DNA of 64,000 nt from Tubulanus polymorphus (Eukaryota; Animalia; Nemertea): positions 5,479,950 to 5,543,949 of the forward strand of contig NC_134026.1 in assembly GCF_964204645.1 (NCBI RefSeq), given 5' to 3'. The notes below the pieces were generated by a model, which saw nothing but the letters and a program-made list of their open reading frames with translations, was not told the DNA's origin and did not search any database. The translations under genes and the position numbers were made by a program. Numbering within the stretch: the first letter of the stretch is position 1; the number at the start of each line of letters is the position of its first letter. This document shows, piece by piece, positions 12,107 through 27,100 of this stretch.

Positions 12107-15100
12107 ATGGATTCAACTGAAAGATACAGATGTGAAGACTGTAATATGAGTTTCCGTCAAGGGTCACAACTTCAAAAACATAAAGAGAAGTTTTGCATCG
12201 GGGCTTCGATCGGAGATCCGATGCATTTAGGATCTAGTATACCCCCAGCTGCCGTGCATGTTCCCGCCATTGAAGTTTGGAGCCCTTCAAGCCATGGATC
12301 TGGTGGTTCAAGACGTCCATATACTCCGGTATAGTAACTTTTCATTCCAGTCATAACAAGTGAATCTGATTGAACTTAAAGCATAATGTTTCATAATCTA
12401 AAACCTAAAAATTCTGTTTTCTATGAAGGCTTAGGTAATTTTTGAAAGTAAGTTTTGAAGTCTATCATTTATTTGGATTTCCAATGTTAAGTTGATTATA
12501 TTTATAAATAAAATTAGAATTTATGATTGTATAGGTTTCATGAAAATGAAGTGTTCGAATAGGCATAAATATTCTTATCCGCTAAATTGGAATCCTTTTA
12601 TTTTGATATTTGATAACTCACTCCTTATCTGGCATTTCGGTGGAACTTAAGGGTTAAAATGAACGACCCTCTAATAATATTCAATACATTGTAAGATATT
12701 CAAATCATACAGAAGTGTTGGAGTCTAAAAAAGTTCTTGTCAAGCGATATTCAAAAAATGCCGAAAAAATCTCTCAAGTTTCCATTGATTTATAGTCAGT
12801 GCTTGTGAATATGACAAAGGAGCGAAACTATTTCAAACCAACTTTTGTTTCAATCACTTCTGACGAGTCTTTTTTTAAGAAACCAGTTTCGTTGATAATA
12901 GTTCACGTTCTATGTAAGTTTCTTCGTATGAAAGTCATGTGTTTAGAAACATATCGTAAACACTGTCTCTAAGGTGGCTTTATCAAACTAAACTCAATGG
13001 AGACTCCTCACCAGGAACCCTGCTGTCGGCATGTTTGCCCAAAATGTTTTAAATTGGTACAAACTGTTTTTTTTTATTGCTTTGGTGGAAGACTAGCATA
13101 TCATATATATATATATATATCTTAATATCAAAATTATGAGCTTTTCTAAGGTGGTGGCTACTTTAAAAAAAAAAAAATTGCTTTGATTTTATCTCATGGA
13201 GATGGTTTTTTTTTAAACGGTGCTTCGATAACTACATGGTATTTGGCCATCATTTATACAAACGTGTATTCTAAACGTTATTTTCAGATTATGGGCACAT
13301 CTTCCGATATCAATTCTGTTGCTAATGGGGTAATTTTTCTCATCTGATCAGAAAGCCTCATCCTTAATGAATATTATGTTACGCCTTGGTTTCAACCTGC
13401 AGATATTCCTAAACCCTTTTTGGCTAACATTCGGTGATAAGATTACCTATTATCAAATGATACCTCAACCAGGGGCGGATCAAGGGGGACTCATGAGACT
13501 TGTACACGTCAATAACAGTTTTTTGAGTGCCCTTTTTCGTTTTATCAACAAAACAAAATTTGCAATTTATAGTATTATGTGTGAATGAAACTGATTCATC
13601 TTCACAGAGAGAACAGAAAATTACATTGAAAGATTGCACTTTGTTTGCTAGAATCATTGCATTTAATGGATATTCAAAGAATTCATTGGATATGGATATC
13701 ATTTTTCCCCTGGGCATGATGCCTGGGTTCGTATGCCTTCTTGGACATGAAAGCGTATTTGGGATATGACAAGTTCTTCAAAACAAATGCCTAGATCCAC
13801 CCCTGCTCCATATGAATAATCATCACATTTTCCCTTTTTTCAAATTCATGAGTTTGAGCTTTGTTTTATTCTGTTGATATTAATTGCTTCCATTCAGTCT
13901 AACAAATGCTACATGTGTAATTCCATACACATTCTCTAAATAAGAGGCGCTTGAATTCTATTTTACCATATCGCACTTAGGCTTGCTTGCACCAATGAAT
14001 AAGTAATTCAATTTATTAGAATAAAGCTATATTTACACTTGTTGTATTCTACTCTTTGTTAGAACTGTCTTCGGCAATAGTTTTTGCAATTCACTTTGAA
14101 TAAAGTAAAATATTCCTTTGCATACCGAGTTTTAGAAACAACTTCCTACATACAATCTGTATGGAACAGTATTACAATTGTATTTTGTGTCAATCGATCA
14201 GAAAATCACCATAAGCCTATGGCAGTTCAGGCTTACAGTTTCTACCATTCAACTTCTTTTGGCTTAGGAAAGAGTTGCTAGATTGTGAACACGTTGCGAT
14301 TGCCAACGCACTTAAAATGAACTTTAGCGAAGTTATTGAAGATACTAACAGACGTTTAGGTCAATTTGATCTCATCAAAAAGGTGACGATGACGACTAAG
14401 TTACATTATCAAATACTGTATTAAGACGAAACCAATCAAAATTGATACCGTAATTAGAATATCATATAGATATTACTGACAGGTAAAAGTTTAGTCAATT
14501 AGATCTCATAGAAAGTGATCTTAGTACCTCGGTAAATCAGTAAGATCGCAATATCCGCGATGAAACAACAACTGTAAAATTCTGCAATTGTCGAAAAACT
14601 AGAAAGTTTATTCAAATATTTCTAGTATTTTAGATAAGATTTTTAGCCTGGCGACAATTGTGAGGTATTTTTCAGTGGTAAGAATTAGTAAGATGATTAG
14701 AGAATTGTGTTATTGATTGATAATGGAACTTTGTCATTTCGTCGAAGATTATTCGTCTGGGAGACATGCGAGAATATCGCGGCCGCAAACGACAAATTCG
14801 TAACCTCGAGGAATGGATGTTGCTCGAACAACTCGATCAGAAATCGAAAGAAATCCGCGATAACGAAGAGGCCATCGATTCCGGCGAACCGTTGACTGAT
14901 TTGCTCGGCGGCGACGGTCGTAAGAGTATGAAAGATACGATTAATATTACAGTATCCGGTAGGGGCAAGGTAAACGCAGAGAAAAGCGGAGATTGTGGTG
15001 AATCCTGAGATTGGAGCTCGGCTTACTGGTGCTTTATTTCCAAACGATAAACGCTATTCATAACTTCACCCCTATCCTGACGCTTTTTAACCCACGGAAT

Positions 15101-18100
15101 TGTCTTATTAGAAAATTTAGCACTTTCTAACTTTTTTTTCTAGATTTCAGAGCATGCATCGGTGCGTTCGAACACTTTGAAGGGAGATGGACGCGACGAA
15201 CCGTACAAATTTTACAAGTGATGAACGATGATATTTTCTAAATTTCAGAAATCGGGCAGAGAGAGTGAACTCTCTAATTATAGTGACACGTCTAGTGTGA
15301 GCATTTTTTCTAATTCTCAAAACAGAAAACAACGGCACCGTCTTGGTGCAGGTGGTGGTGGTGCTGGTAGGAGGTATAGGGATGTAAGTGGTGCTAGTGC
15401 CGCCATTTATAATATATATATATATTTATGACTTATATGCTGGATCTTTAGTAGAGAATATTACGTATTCAACAAACTGCTTTTTCTACGGTGTTTTTCG
15501 CTTTCTAACGTTCAAGTTTTCTACGTTAAAGTATTGAATCGTGTATGTTTGTATAATACCGGTAATAGTAGGTAGTTATCAGTTTGTAATGTAGTGACAG
15601 GTCAACTCATCTGTGACATTGGCGGATCCTGGGGAGCTTTTGCAACTCATACAAATCCATCAAGTATTTTTTTGAGTGTTCTATTTCATTTTGTTAACAA
15701 AGATAATCGGTGCATTTCAATATCACCTGTTTGGACATCAAAGTGCTTTTTGGGATGTTATTGGCCTCTGGAAACTTCCCTGGGAAATGATTTCTCCCAT
15801 TTGTCAGACTAATGCGAGACCTGTTGCTACACACTGATATAGTATACAATGTATATTGATATGCCTAGTGTTTTGCCGTGAGATATGACTATAGTTTTGC
15901 TTTAATTCATGGAATACGTTTAGAGATATTATATTATATGGATTGAATAGAATAGATTCAGTTATTCTGAGAAACGCTGAAATCTTTCATTCATTTTTTG
16001 TACATTTACCGCTACAATATGTTCTAGTGTATTCAAGTAAAAAGCAGTCCATTTCTAGCAGGACTATTTACAACATTGTTAATTCACACTACAGGCTGTT
16101 ATTAATTCGATTGATATATGAAGAGCACCATTTATCAGCAAAATAGAGGTGTTTGTCTGATTTCGTTATGAAGGTTTTTGGATAATATGCTAATTCCACA
16201 TTCAATTTCCTCATTATATCGGTATTTGTTGTGTGAACCTAGAATTAGACAATTGTTATGTGAGATAAATTCTGTCGAAGCCATATTTAAAAATGTGTAA
16301 TGTGAACAGAATTTATTTCATATAGTGTGATGCTGTACATAATGTAGTTACCTCCAGTTACCTCCAGTGTTCTCCATATGCTGGAATTTGAAATTTCAAA
16401 TGACATCATGGCTGCTGAAGTAGCAATGCTTTCAATTCCCAAAAAAAATTCAGCTTTAACTTACTTTCGATGTAATATCTTCTATTTCTGGTTGGGGCAG
16501 AAGATATTCTATAAGGGGTTGCTGATTTTCAGAGGGGTGGATGTAAGGAGTGGCCACCCTTCAAGAAACTGTTATGGAGAACACTGTTGAAATGCTGATA
16601 TATGTAGAAAACTAATAGGGATCTTACAAAAATTGTGTATAGACTGCAAACCTTCCATCTACCATATTCCCTTCCAAATGGCTGAAAAGTCCCTTCGCTT
16701 CTTGCCGTTGCCCAAAAATTTCATAAAATTTTGTGATTTTCCTTGAATGAATAGCAGTCTCTTAATTCAAGATGCTGTACTTTACGAGACATTAACACAA
16801 TTTTTCATTGTCCTGTCTTTTTAGCAGGATAGCTACGAAGACACAAAACGGTCAAATAGAGGTGCAAATTTCCACGTATTGCAAGCCGCAGAAGAACATG
16901 GCCGACAGATCGCGACTATCAGAAACAGAAACCTGGAACTGGAGAGGCAGAAAGAAGGTAAGACTAAGGCCAAGACGGGCTGGCCAGTTTCCATCCATTT
17001 ACGAATCCGCTGAGTTTTCCCTGATTCTTCCATAGAATCAACTACTGATTAGAAGAAAAATGCTGTCAATAGTCCCTGAGTTTAACAGGTTTTTGGTAGA
17101 ATTCAAACTCTCTGAGTTTTCCCTGATTTTTTCTAGATTTTTTTGATTCCCTGATTTTTCAGGTCTGTAGCCGCCCTGTAGGAGTTGATCACCTTTTTGG
17201 ACATCAAATAGAAAATTGATGAAATCTTGCAGTAAACAGCAATGCTAGGTCCAGGAAAGTTAAATATAACATTTTCTTTGGTAATGTTTTAGATATTCGC
17301 AGACGTTTGGAAGAACTAGCCAATCGTGATTTCAAAGATCTAGAAAGTTATCGCACGAACAAAGTCATAGAAGATCTGCAGGATCAGGAGAAAAAGAACT
17401 CGAAGATTCTCGTCGATCTGAAAAACCAGATGGAATCGTTATCAGCGAGGTGAATTTCTATTGCTACGAATTACAGATCAGAGAGCATTATTGTGCTCTG
17501 GCCTGGGCCCATTTGGCACCCTTGTGAACGGTTGTTGCACAAAAAATGCTTGTGTGATCATGATATTCCAACTAGAGCTTTGTGTTGTATCCCGGGTGCC
17601 TCACTTTTGTCATAAGTGCTTGGACTTTTATCTCCATAGATGATGTGAGGAATGTGGAAGAACTTTTGGTCGCAAACAAATTGAGGCCTTACATATAAAT
17701 TTTGATAATGAATTGCTCTAACATTTGGTTCTAGACTTCTGTTAGACATTTGAAGACTTTTCATATATGCCCTTGGAAAGACCAGGGAGACTTTCAAGTT
17801 TGAAAGACTTCCCAATTGAGCCTTTTTGATCCCTTAGTGATGAGAGCATGCGAAGATGAACTGAATACAATTAAGGCCTTGTTAAACTGTCTTGCAGGGA
17901 ATCTTATGATGAAAATTTTCTGAGAAATCTTTACGATGATCTATTTTTGAAGCACCCTGAAAACCTTGTTCATGGTAGTAGATTACTTACGATATCTTGC
18001 CCAGAAAGTCTTTTCATCCTCGATTATTTTACATGTGTCTAAAAATCTATTCCTATACGAAGGTTCGAAATCGGTAGAAAAGATTCCACATAATGAAGAA

Positions 18101-21100
18101 GGCCCTAATGTAAAAAATGAATTTAAAGAAACATTAGACAATAGGGAAAATAAGGCAGTGGCCGGAATGAAACGGAATACAGATATTGATGATCGGTTTC
18201 AAGATTTACTCAGATATTTTCATAAACAAAAACAAAAGTTTGAGGAAGAATCTTACATAGACGAAGAGGAAGAATCCTCTCTAAATGAGGAGAGGTGACT
18301 GATTTTAGAATTTTCATTTTAAGGTTTTGAAGTTTTAAATATTTGTTTATTGTTTTGATTTGAAGCGTTGACTATAGTTGCTTTTGTTTTAGCATCTATT
18401 CAATACCTTCTGCTTGTTTTTTGTGTTATAAATACTTCTTGTTCTTGGTTTAAGCTTGTGTCATAAAAAGATTTCACTAACACTTAGTGAATTTTCTGAT
18501 TTCAGAGATAACAGGCTGAAAACTTATCCGATGTTTCCGGCGGGATCATTATTAGCTGAAATAAGGTATTCAACGATTTCTTCTGAGAAAATCCTATTAT
18601 TTGGCATCTATTCTCATCATTCGTTCTATCGTTTTCAGTGCTCTGAGGCAGGCGTATGTAGATGGTGGCGGCAATGACCCGATCGTGCTGGCTCAGTTGG
18701 CCGAAATGTTGTACGAGGCTCAGAATATGGAACAGTTGAAATCAAAGCGAACTCCAAGACGAAAAAAGAGTTAGTAGTGTTTATCTATATTTAAACTGAA
18801 TTATTATATGATATCATATTGTATATCATATTACCCCGGTATATGAAAAAAATTGGAGCTTTTGAATTTTTTCAATCATTGCAGAAAGAGAACACAATAG
18901 TTTAGCCGATCAGCTCATCGCATTTGAAATGGAAAACCAACGTTTGCAAAGAGAATTACTGCAGCTACAAGCGCAGGAGATGCAGAAACCGAAAGAAACG
19001 AAACGCGAATCGCAAGACGAAGACAAATTCGAACGACAAATGAAACAACTGCAGATGGAACATTTACAGAAGATGCAACAGTTACAGCAGGAAATGGAAC
19101 TAGTTCGACATCAGCTGGCTTTAGAGAAATATCGGCGCGAGCTAGATATTCCATATACTCAACCAACACAACCTGTAAGTGGAAAAATACCCATTGATTA
19201 CCTCACAGCGAGAAAATCTATAATCAATAGTTCATTCATGGTTCTCATAATTGAAGCACGTACATACTTAGTTTTACCGAAATTAAATATATTTGCAGCT
19301 TGTTATAAGACATTTAGAGGTATATCCAGTGTTCACATCACCTAGTTCTTTACGATGTACTCCTCCTATTATGACTTCCTTTCAATTTGTTGCATTCTCA
19401 AAACATTTGTCATTTCTTAATGCTCTTTTTTGTAGTGAGAATGAGTTACTTAGTTTGTGACTATCGTCATTTGCCTTGGACGGGCTCAGCCACTATACTC
19501 GTTAAGAGCTGTGCTGGGCAAATGGCGATTGAGACTTGTGTAAACAAAGCGGAACATATAGTACCCGTATCTTCTTGCAGGTCCCTCGCCCTCGCCCTGT
19601 TATTGTCGCCGCTCCTCCCCCTGCTCAACCACCTCATTATACTCCCGTCATTCTCTACTCCCCTCGCTACTCCTACCGTCCTTTCTAATTATCATCTCTG
19701 CTTCTATTACTGTCTCTTTCATCACCGCTTGTAGAAAACGTAACCTTCACGACTAAAGCCCAACGTTCACAGCAACAAGCAGCTAAAAAATTTTTTGTTC
19801 GTGTCTTTATTTGAAAACACAATTCAAAGCTACGAATCAACTTGCTATTGAATATCAGAATTCTAATAGGTTATTGGAGTAGCTGTGTTGTGTGCATTGG
19901 GCTTCACTCTAATAACGTAATGTGTGCGATTGTTTTAGCCTTAAAGATTTGTCTCTGTTACTAACAAATAGAGTAGATGTGTGTGAAAAAAATATCTTAT
20001 AGTTCTATTAATTATAATGTAATGTAATGTCTGTTGGTGTAAATAATGTTTAGATATATAGTTAGCAATTGCTGGATCTCAAAACCCTATATTCTAAAAC
20101 TAGACTAAAACCAATGTCTGTAATTTCCTAAAAGCTTTGCTTATCCCAATAGCTTTTATGTATGTTCAAGGTTTTGGTTTGTCGTAGTCTTATATACCTT
20201 GTATTGAGAGGGTTTCCTCGGGAAATCTGCTGCCTTGTTTCTGAAGAGTAGATACCGGTTAAGGTTTCCCTGAAATGACAAATGATTTGATGAAGTCTAT
20301 CAAACATTCATTGATCATCAATAATAAAAAAGCTGTATCTTAGCGCGGGATTGTGGTTTCAACGTTTTAGTCACTGCTTAATATTCTCTTCATCTTTTCA
20401 GTAGTAAACATATATACATATAGAACATTAATTGATATTTCCGATAACTTGCATTCATTTCAGCCCCCGCCAGCCCTGCCGCCCCGCCCCCCAGATGCTG
20501 AAATACCGCAACTGAATCTTTTACAGCAACAAGGAGGTGGTCATAATCAGTACGATAATGAGCCACTCTACCCCTCAGGTTATGATGCCAGGTGAGTAAT
20601 CGGACCTAACAATTCATTCACCTTGTCATAAAGCATGGATTTATCAATTAATTTCGGACGGTACAAAAATATGTTTTTTAATATGTACACTATATCTATT
20701 CGGTTGATAATTGTTTGAAACCTATCAGAATTATCTTGTTTTGCTTTCTGAAAAGATTATTTTATATTACTTTACAGCACGGGATTTGTGATCTTCCATG
20801 ACTTCATATTAAACGTAGATGCGCACATTAAAGCAGTACGATTAATCGTTAGTTTGTATAATGCTGCTCAAGAGATGGGCGATCCTTCAGTTTTACCGAC
20901 AACGTTCACGGAGCAGCAAGAGACGGGTGCAGGAGGATATGAAGGAGGAGGAGGAGGAGGTGGAGGCAGTTCTACCGTAGCTATCATCGGTGCCAAACAA
21001 CCCGTACCTAGGTGAGTCCATTCGAAGTTTTAGTTAAATCAAATAGTAATCTAAAAATCAATTCATTATGTTTTGTCGTCAGTTTCTGACATGATAAGAT

Positions 21101-24100
21101 TTAAAGCATCAGGGACCAGTTGCACAGTCGTGGCTTAAGTCCAAAAGTGGTCTTAAATCTTAAGACTGGTCTTAAGTTGTTAGATTGGCTATAGAACTAA
21201 GTTGGTCTTAGACTGGTCTTAGGTCTGGCTGTGCAACCAGCCCTTGGGTTCAAATGGGCCAAATGGTCTTAATATTGGACCAAAAAGCTTGGGTATTCAT
21301 ACTCATCATATTACACATACCTTCTCAAAAGAATTATACCCATGATACGATTTACACATTATCATCAGGTATCGAATGTTGCTTTTAGGTGTCCTCCACA
21401 GCCGGATATGGCCTTGCTGATTGAGTTGCAGATGGCTGAAAGCACTCACGCCAAACTCACGACGAGAGCTTGGTCGAAAATTGACGTATTTGACGACCAG
21501 GGAAGAGTTAATACCGGCCGGTGGAGAATACAGCTGAAAAGTTTACCAATTAAACCGGAGCTTTCGTCGCAAGAAGTTAGCACGATGCCACCTGTAAGTT
21601 TTTGATCGCCATTCTGACCGAGACATTCGAAAGTAATGTCCGCGCAGGTTTTTGTTGATTTGTTTGTGTTGATTATAGTACGGTCAGTTGGAGCTTTATT
21701 TGCGTTTGGTGAATCATCGCGATGCAGATCGACAATCTCATGCATCTATTACTACTTCGCATGCTAACAGTTATAGGAATCCTCCTGTTGTAAGTATCCG
21801 CTTTAAACGCTTATGGAATGAAATATACAATAATGTGGAATTGAACATTTTTTGACTGAAAATTGTCTTAAAGGACCTGTTAGCTAAATCAGAAACTTAA
21901 AAAGTTTCTGCAGTCGATATGATATAGGAAACCATAATTCTTCATTTAACTTTAGAATCTCATTAGCATTGAACTGATCGTAACAAACTGATGAAAAATA
22001 ATTGTATTCATTTTGACAGCGTTTCCACAATAGCCGAGGCTATTCACCTGCAGTCCAACCTCAGTATCAACAAGCTCCGACACCTAGACATGTAAGTACA
22101 ATACGTAACAGTAATCAAATCTACTAAAGTTTTATGATAAGGGGACAATTCAGTTACTGACCATCTTGAATCTGTTGAGAATCATAATTCTTTGTCCGTG
22201 TCTGGAAATAATATGTTTTGCATTGTTTTACATTCGATCTGAATGCACAAATTGATTAACTGCCTGGTGTGAGTACCTAACTAATGCATGCCTTATATAA
22301 CACCATCTTCATTGCAGAACTTTAGAAAATATGTTTGTTTTGATTTAATCGGGTAAACGTTGATTTCACTATGTTTGTCTCTATCTGCCGGATTTATAGA
22401 AATTAGTTTAAATCTTAGAGAGAATCAATTCTTGTCTGTTCTACTGATAACTTGGTCATGGTTGATTTCCGAACTTCTGTCTGAAAAAGTAATAAAACTT
22501 GAAATTTGCTCATATAAAGATGAGCCTCTATATTTCATTCTAAACCGTGTAAACATGTAGATTTAACTTCAGCAATACCCGTGTACATAGAATTACTGTT
22601 AATATTCTCCACCTTAGATACCCATGAGATTTCTGGGTCTAGTCAAATTTCGTCAGAGCAAAAATGTTACCCTAAATTTCTTCATTAATTCAGTTTAGTC
22701 AATTGAGCAGTTAATCTTTTTGCGAAATACGCCTTAGACCCAGTTCCACGTATGAAGAGATGAGCACCCTAGTATCGGCTAGTTTTGAAAAAACCAAAAA
22801 TTACAAAATTTGCTAAAAAGTATGTTGATTTGACTGTGTATCCTTGGTCGCAGATATAAGAAGCAAAATTGAGCAAATGTATACATGGTATGTTGTCTTA
22901 TGCAGGGAAGAAATCATTATGAGCAGAGCGAACTAGTTGATATCTTTAAAGACAAATATGATAGTAGAAGCCAGGTATATACATACAGTGGTGCATGTGT
23001 ATGGTGTTGGGAGTTCATCAACTGATATATACTATTCTAAAATCAAATTTTGATTGCTGTGAATTAGAAAAATCAATCCAAGATTTATCAACAAGGGCAC
23101 AATTTGTAACCATGAAAAAACAAATCACATTTATTTGTGTTGATTATGGCTTTGTTTAGCTTAGGAAAAACTGACTTAAAAGCATATGGATCCAGTTCCA
23201 CAGTTGTGAGTTGGAGTTGACTCTGAGTAAAATCAGCTCACTTTCAATGAGTTAACTTTTAAACTCAGAACTATGGAAACGGGTCCAGGCTATTTGGGAA
23301 AATTGACACCGGTATTTTTCATAACCAAACTAAATCTGTTGTAGCTTTAGAGTAGTTCATCTTATAGTTCACTGTCTCTTCTGCAAAGCTTTCGCTTCTG
23401 CTTATAGCTCTACGATGGCATGAATAGTTTAAAAAACTGAGACTTAATCTGAGACCCTTCACTTGAAACCTCAACCAGAAGAAACCCAGTCCATTCTTCC
23501 ATCTGAATTGTGCTTATAGTAACCAACTTTTAATTGAAAAGCATCTTATACCGAATCAAAACATAAGCATGTACTTACTTAAGGTTTGAGTTGATGTTCA
23601 GGAGAAAGGGTAGAGCATTTCATGATTTTATGTAGTTGGTCCCTCAATTAATGAGTATTTTGATACTGTCTATGCTGTGGTAGTGTAACCCATCAGTCTT
23701 TCTGTTTATATCTCTTTGCAGGCCATTAGTAATTCTCGGCCAACTCGTCCTCCTACTACTACTACCACCACTGCCCTGATCCCGAAAACCGTTCCACCTA
23801 TACCACCATCCGCCCCACCCAGACATATTTCTACACCTCCTGTGCCAATTATTGAAACGCCTCAACAAAATATCGAGACTCATCGATCTAATGTGGATAC
23901 TGCACCTATTGACGATGATAACAGGTAGGAATTACTGGGTGGTTTGGGTGAATATGTTTGTTATAGCCACATAGGCTTTTGCTGTGTCATGTATGAGCAT
24001 CGTGTTTCCGAAAAGAAATAGATGTTGGCATGGACGGTAGTACCCCGATAGTCTTTCCTCCTAGCGCTTGATAGCAACTGCTTTCGGTAACTTTTCTCCA

Positions 24101-27100
24101 TCTGTCATACTGGTACATATTCTTATTCCAATATTACACTATCCCTTTAGCCACCTGTAGCATTTAAAATGCACATTCTGTGATATCTCACCAAATATAT
24201 TAGACATTGCTGCTGAATAACCACCATCAAGAATTGTTTTCATAAAAACGATGTATATTTTTGCCTTGTCTAAAGAGAAAGCTAACGATGAACAGTGAAT
24301 TGTATATAATGTTGTATTTCAGACTCAAGCCGGTGGAAGGCACAAAGGATACCACAGTAGGATTTCAAATTATTAGAGTAAAGAATGCAGACCCAGGAGA
24401 AGCAAAAGTTCGACTCACCGGTTACTACACTAACACCGGAAAGGTATAGAAATTTAGAATGTAGAAATTCTCATTTAATTGAGAAGGATTTTGGATTTGT
24501 TCTGAATTCAGAAATTCAAAAACTAGTTACTGTGTTACATCTTCGAAATGTTCGTAATACTGATATCAATCAGGGTATGATGTAGGCTATTTTAGGTATT
24601 TCATATGACTTAATTGAAGAAAACATTTTTGTAGGTTGCTCAATCTTTTACTAGTCCATTAACATGTAGCACGACGGCTGTGCGTTCGAACTTCAAATAT
24701 CGTTACCACAATTACGGCCAACAAGAAGCAACGTTTCACGGTGTTGATGTACGCGCTCCAATCATGCTTGTAGTTAGATTGTATTTACGTAAATCACGAA
24801 TAGCCATCGACCCCGATCCGGGAGCAGACATGGAATTAGGCGGAGAGCCGCCTAATGATAATAAAGCTGATGATTCTGAAATATTGACTGCTTGGGGAGC
24901 AGTTCCACTCATAACTCCACAATTGCACAACAAAAACCGTAAGTTCTTTAGCTTACTTTGATGAATTATACTATAACCCCGAGAAATGTTTTAAAGGGTT
25001 TTCAGTTATTTCTGTGGTTTCTTATTTTAAGCCATCAATGACATTCTAAGATTGGTCTGTGGGGTTTGAAATCGTTTCACCTTTTAGATTTGATCTTTGT
25101 CAATTGTTTTTTAAGTGAAATGCTCTTTTCATTTCTGTTTTCTATTTTTGTTTCAAGGCAATGGACACCGAAAGTTTCCTGGTGAATGGGAATGGAAGGA
25201 TTTATTTGTGAACGTCGGTACGAAAAACATTCAACTGTACTTGCCTCCTGTTCCAAATCCGGATACGATCCCACTCGAGCCGCATTATGTGTCGAAAGAC
25301 TGGACAAGATATGGAAAAGCAGATCTTCGATTGCATGTATTCCATAATATACCGCGACCGGGTTCGGTGACACCCAGTGAAGTGTCCGAAGATGAGGACA
25401 ATGACTCATTGATACCACCAGAGGTATGTTCACATTCACTATCTGTCAGTTAGCTTCATGCACCATAACTAACACGAATCATTTGGCGATAATATGTTCA
25501 GGTAATAACTACCCAAAATATGGTGTCACCTTAAGTGTTGCGCTGTGAAAACTGCAGATCCTCAAGTACATGTATATGCCCTTTTGGTAGGCCTTATAGT
25601 TACTCAAACTGTAATGCTTATGATTTCTAGCCATGTCAATAATTATGGGTTAACTGACTTTAGAAAGTACTGTATTATGATAGATGTATCTATTATTTGG
25701 TTGCAGGTGGCTTGGATATCATTTGAAAGAAAGATGGTAATCAGTGAACAGTTTGGTCCATCAGACGGATTTGATTTATATATTGACGGTTGTCGATTCC
25801 TACCTGACTCTGTCACTATTACGCGGGTAAGTCTCTGTTACTTTGTTTATACATGCATATATAAAGTATCCAGATTCTATATCTCGTAAATATGTTTGCA
25901 TTTTCTTCTAATGTAGGTAGCTGGGCGAATTCTGACGCGAAGATATGAGATGGTTGGAAGAGATATAACGACTATAGTCCGTCCAGATAGTTATATATAC
26001 AACCCAAAATTTGAACATAAAATGGAATTCCGTGAACCAAATATTCCTCCATCTTCAACTCTATTACTTAAAGTAAGAAAAAACGTCAAAATATAAAAGG
26101 GTTTTCATTTCTCAAATGACTTATCTTCTCTTTGAACTGTTGTTTTATGCTAATTTTTTAGGTTTACACGATAGATAGATTTTCAAATAAACTCACGGTT
26201 GTTGGATACACAGCGCTGAACATATTCGTTGAAACTGGTACAGAAAAACAACCATCTCTCGATGAAGGTGGACAACAGGTCAGAAGAACTAAGAAGTAGT
26301 GATGATAGCAGATATTCATATCGTACAAAATCCTAGAGGGAGTCAAAATTATATAATTTGTATTTACAATAAACAGGTTTCACTAAATGAAGGAGCTCAC
26401 CAGTTACGATTGTATCATTTTGGTCCGAATGGTTCAGATCCATTAACTGAGGGATCGATGAGAGATGCCGGAGTTCGAATTATCCCGTGTGCTTCATTAC
26501 TCGTTAGACTTATACGAGCTCCAATTGGTCACAATGGTCTGGCTTTGACTGTAAGTTTTAATTGAACTGTATTTGGAAATCTGAATTTCTGCTGAAATCT
26601 TTGATCGATTCTGGTATAGTTTGAAATTGCTCTCTACCACTGTCTCTTTATTGTTCTGTTGCTTCAATTAAAGAACCTCTTACATTTATTAATTCTGGTC
26701 TGTATTCTTCTCATATCGTTTCCTGTGTTTATAAATGATTTTCAGGGTGATAAAATTCCTGAGAAAGATTGGGCGAGGTATGGACTTTGGGTGCCACGTC
26801 CACGGTATTCCGACCGTGTATATCTGTCACGCAAATGCGAACCAACCAGAGGCGAGCGGATGATATTCAAAGCGATGTTACGGCGACCTCAAGTATCGAT
26901 TGCTGAGGCGGTCGAATTTTTGTCGGGGAAGAAAATAACGGGTGAACTGAAAATCGAACAGTTCATGAGGGTAAGAGAATTGTCGCACAGAATCACGAAA
27001 TCATCTTAGAATGAATTGGAATCATATTTGGTTCTCGTTAATGTCCTTTTAGAATCAGTTGACCAAACTGATGGATACAACACCCCAAGATCAAGACATG

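Noticed and set aside
12859-12892. Hammerhead-like CTGACGA...GAAAC
   Set aside because: Stem II cannot close without using the GAAA core bases and no stem I partner is evident; at best a decayed remnant.
14919-14951. 33-nt GT-AG segment inside the CCDC17 exon 14748-14969
   Set aside because: Shorter than any confident intron here and readthrough is in frame; cannot be supported without RNA data.
15219-15224. Selenocysteine recoding of in-frame TGA TGA in CCDC17
   Set aside because: A strong in-phase acceptor at 15249 bypasses the stops and I saw no SECIS-like element in the 3'UTR.
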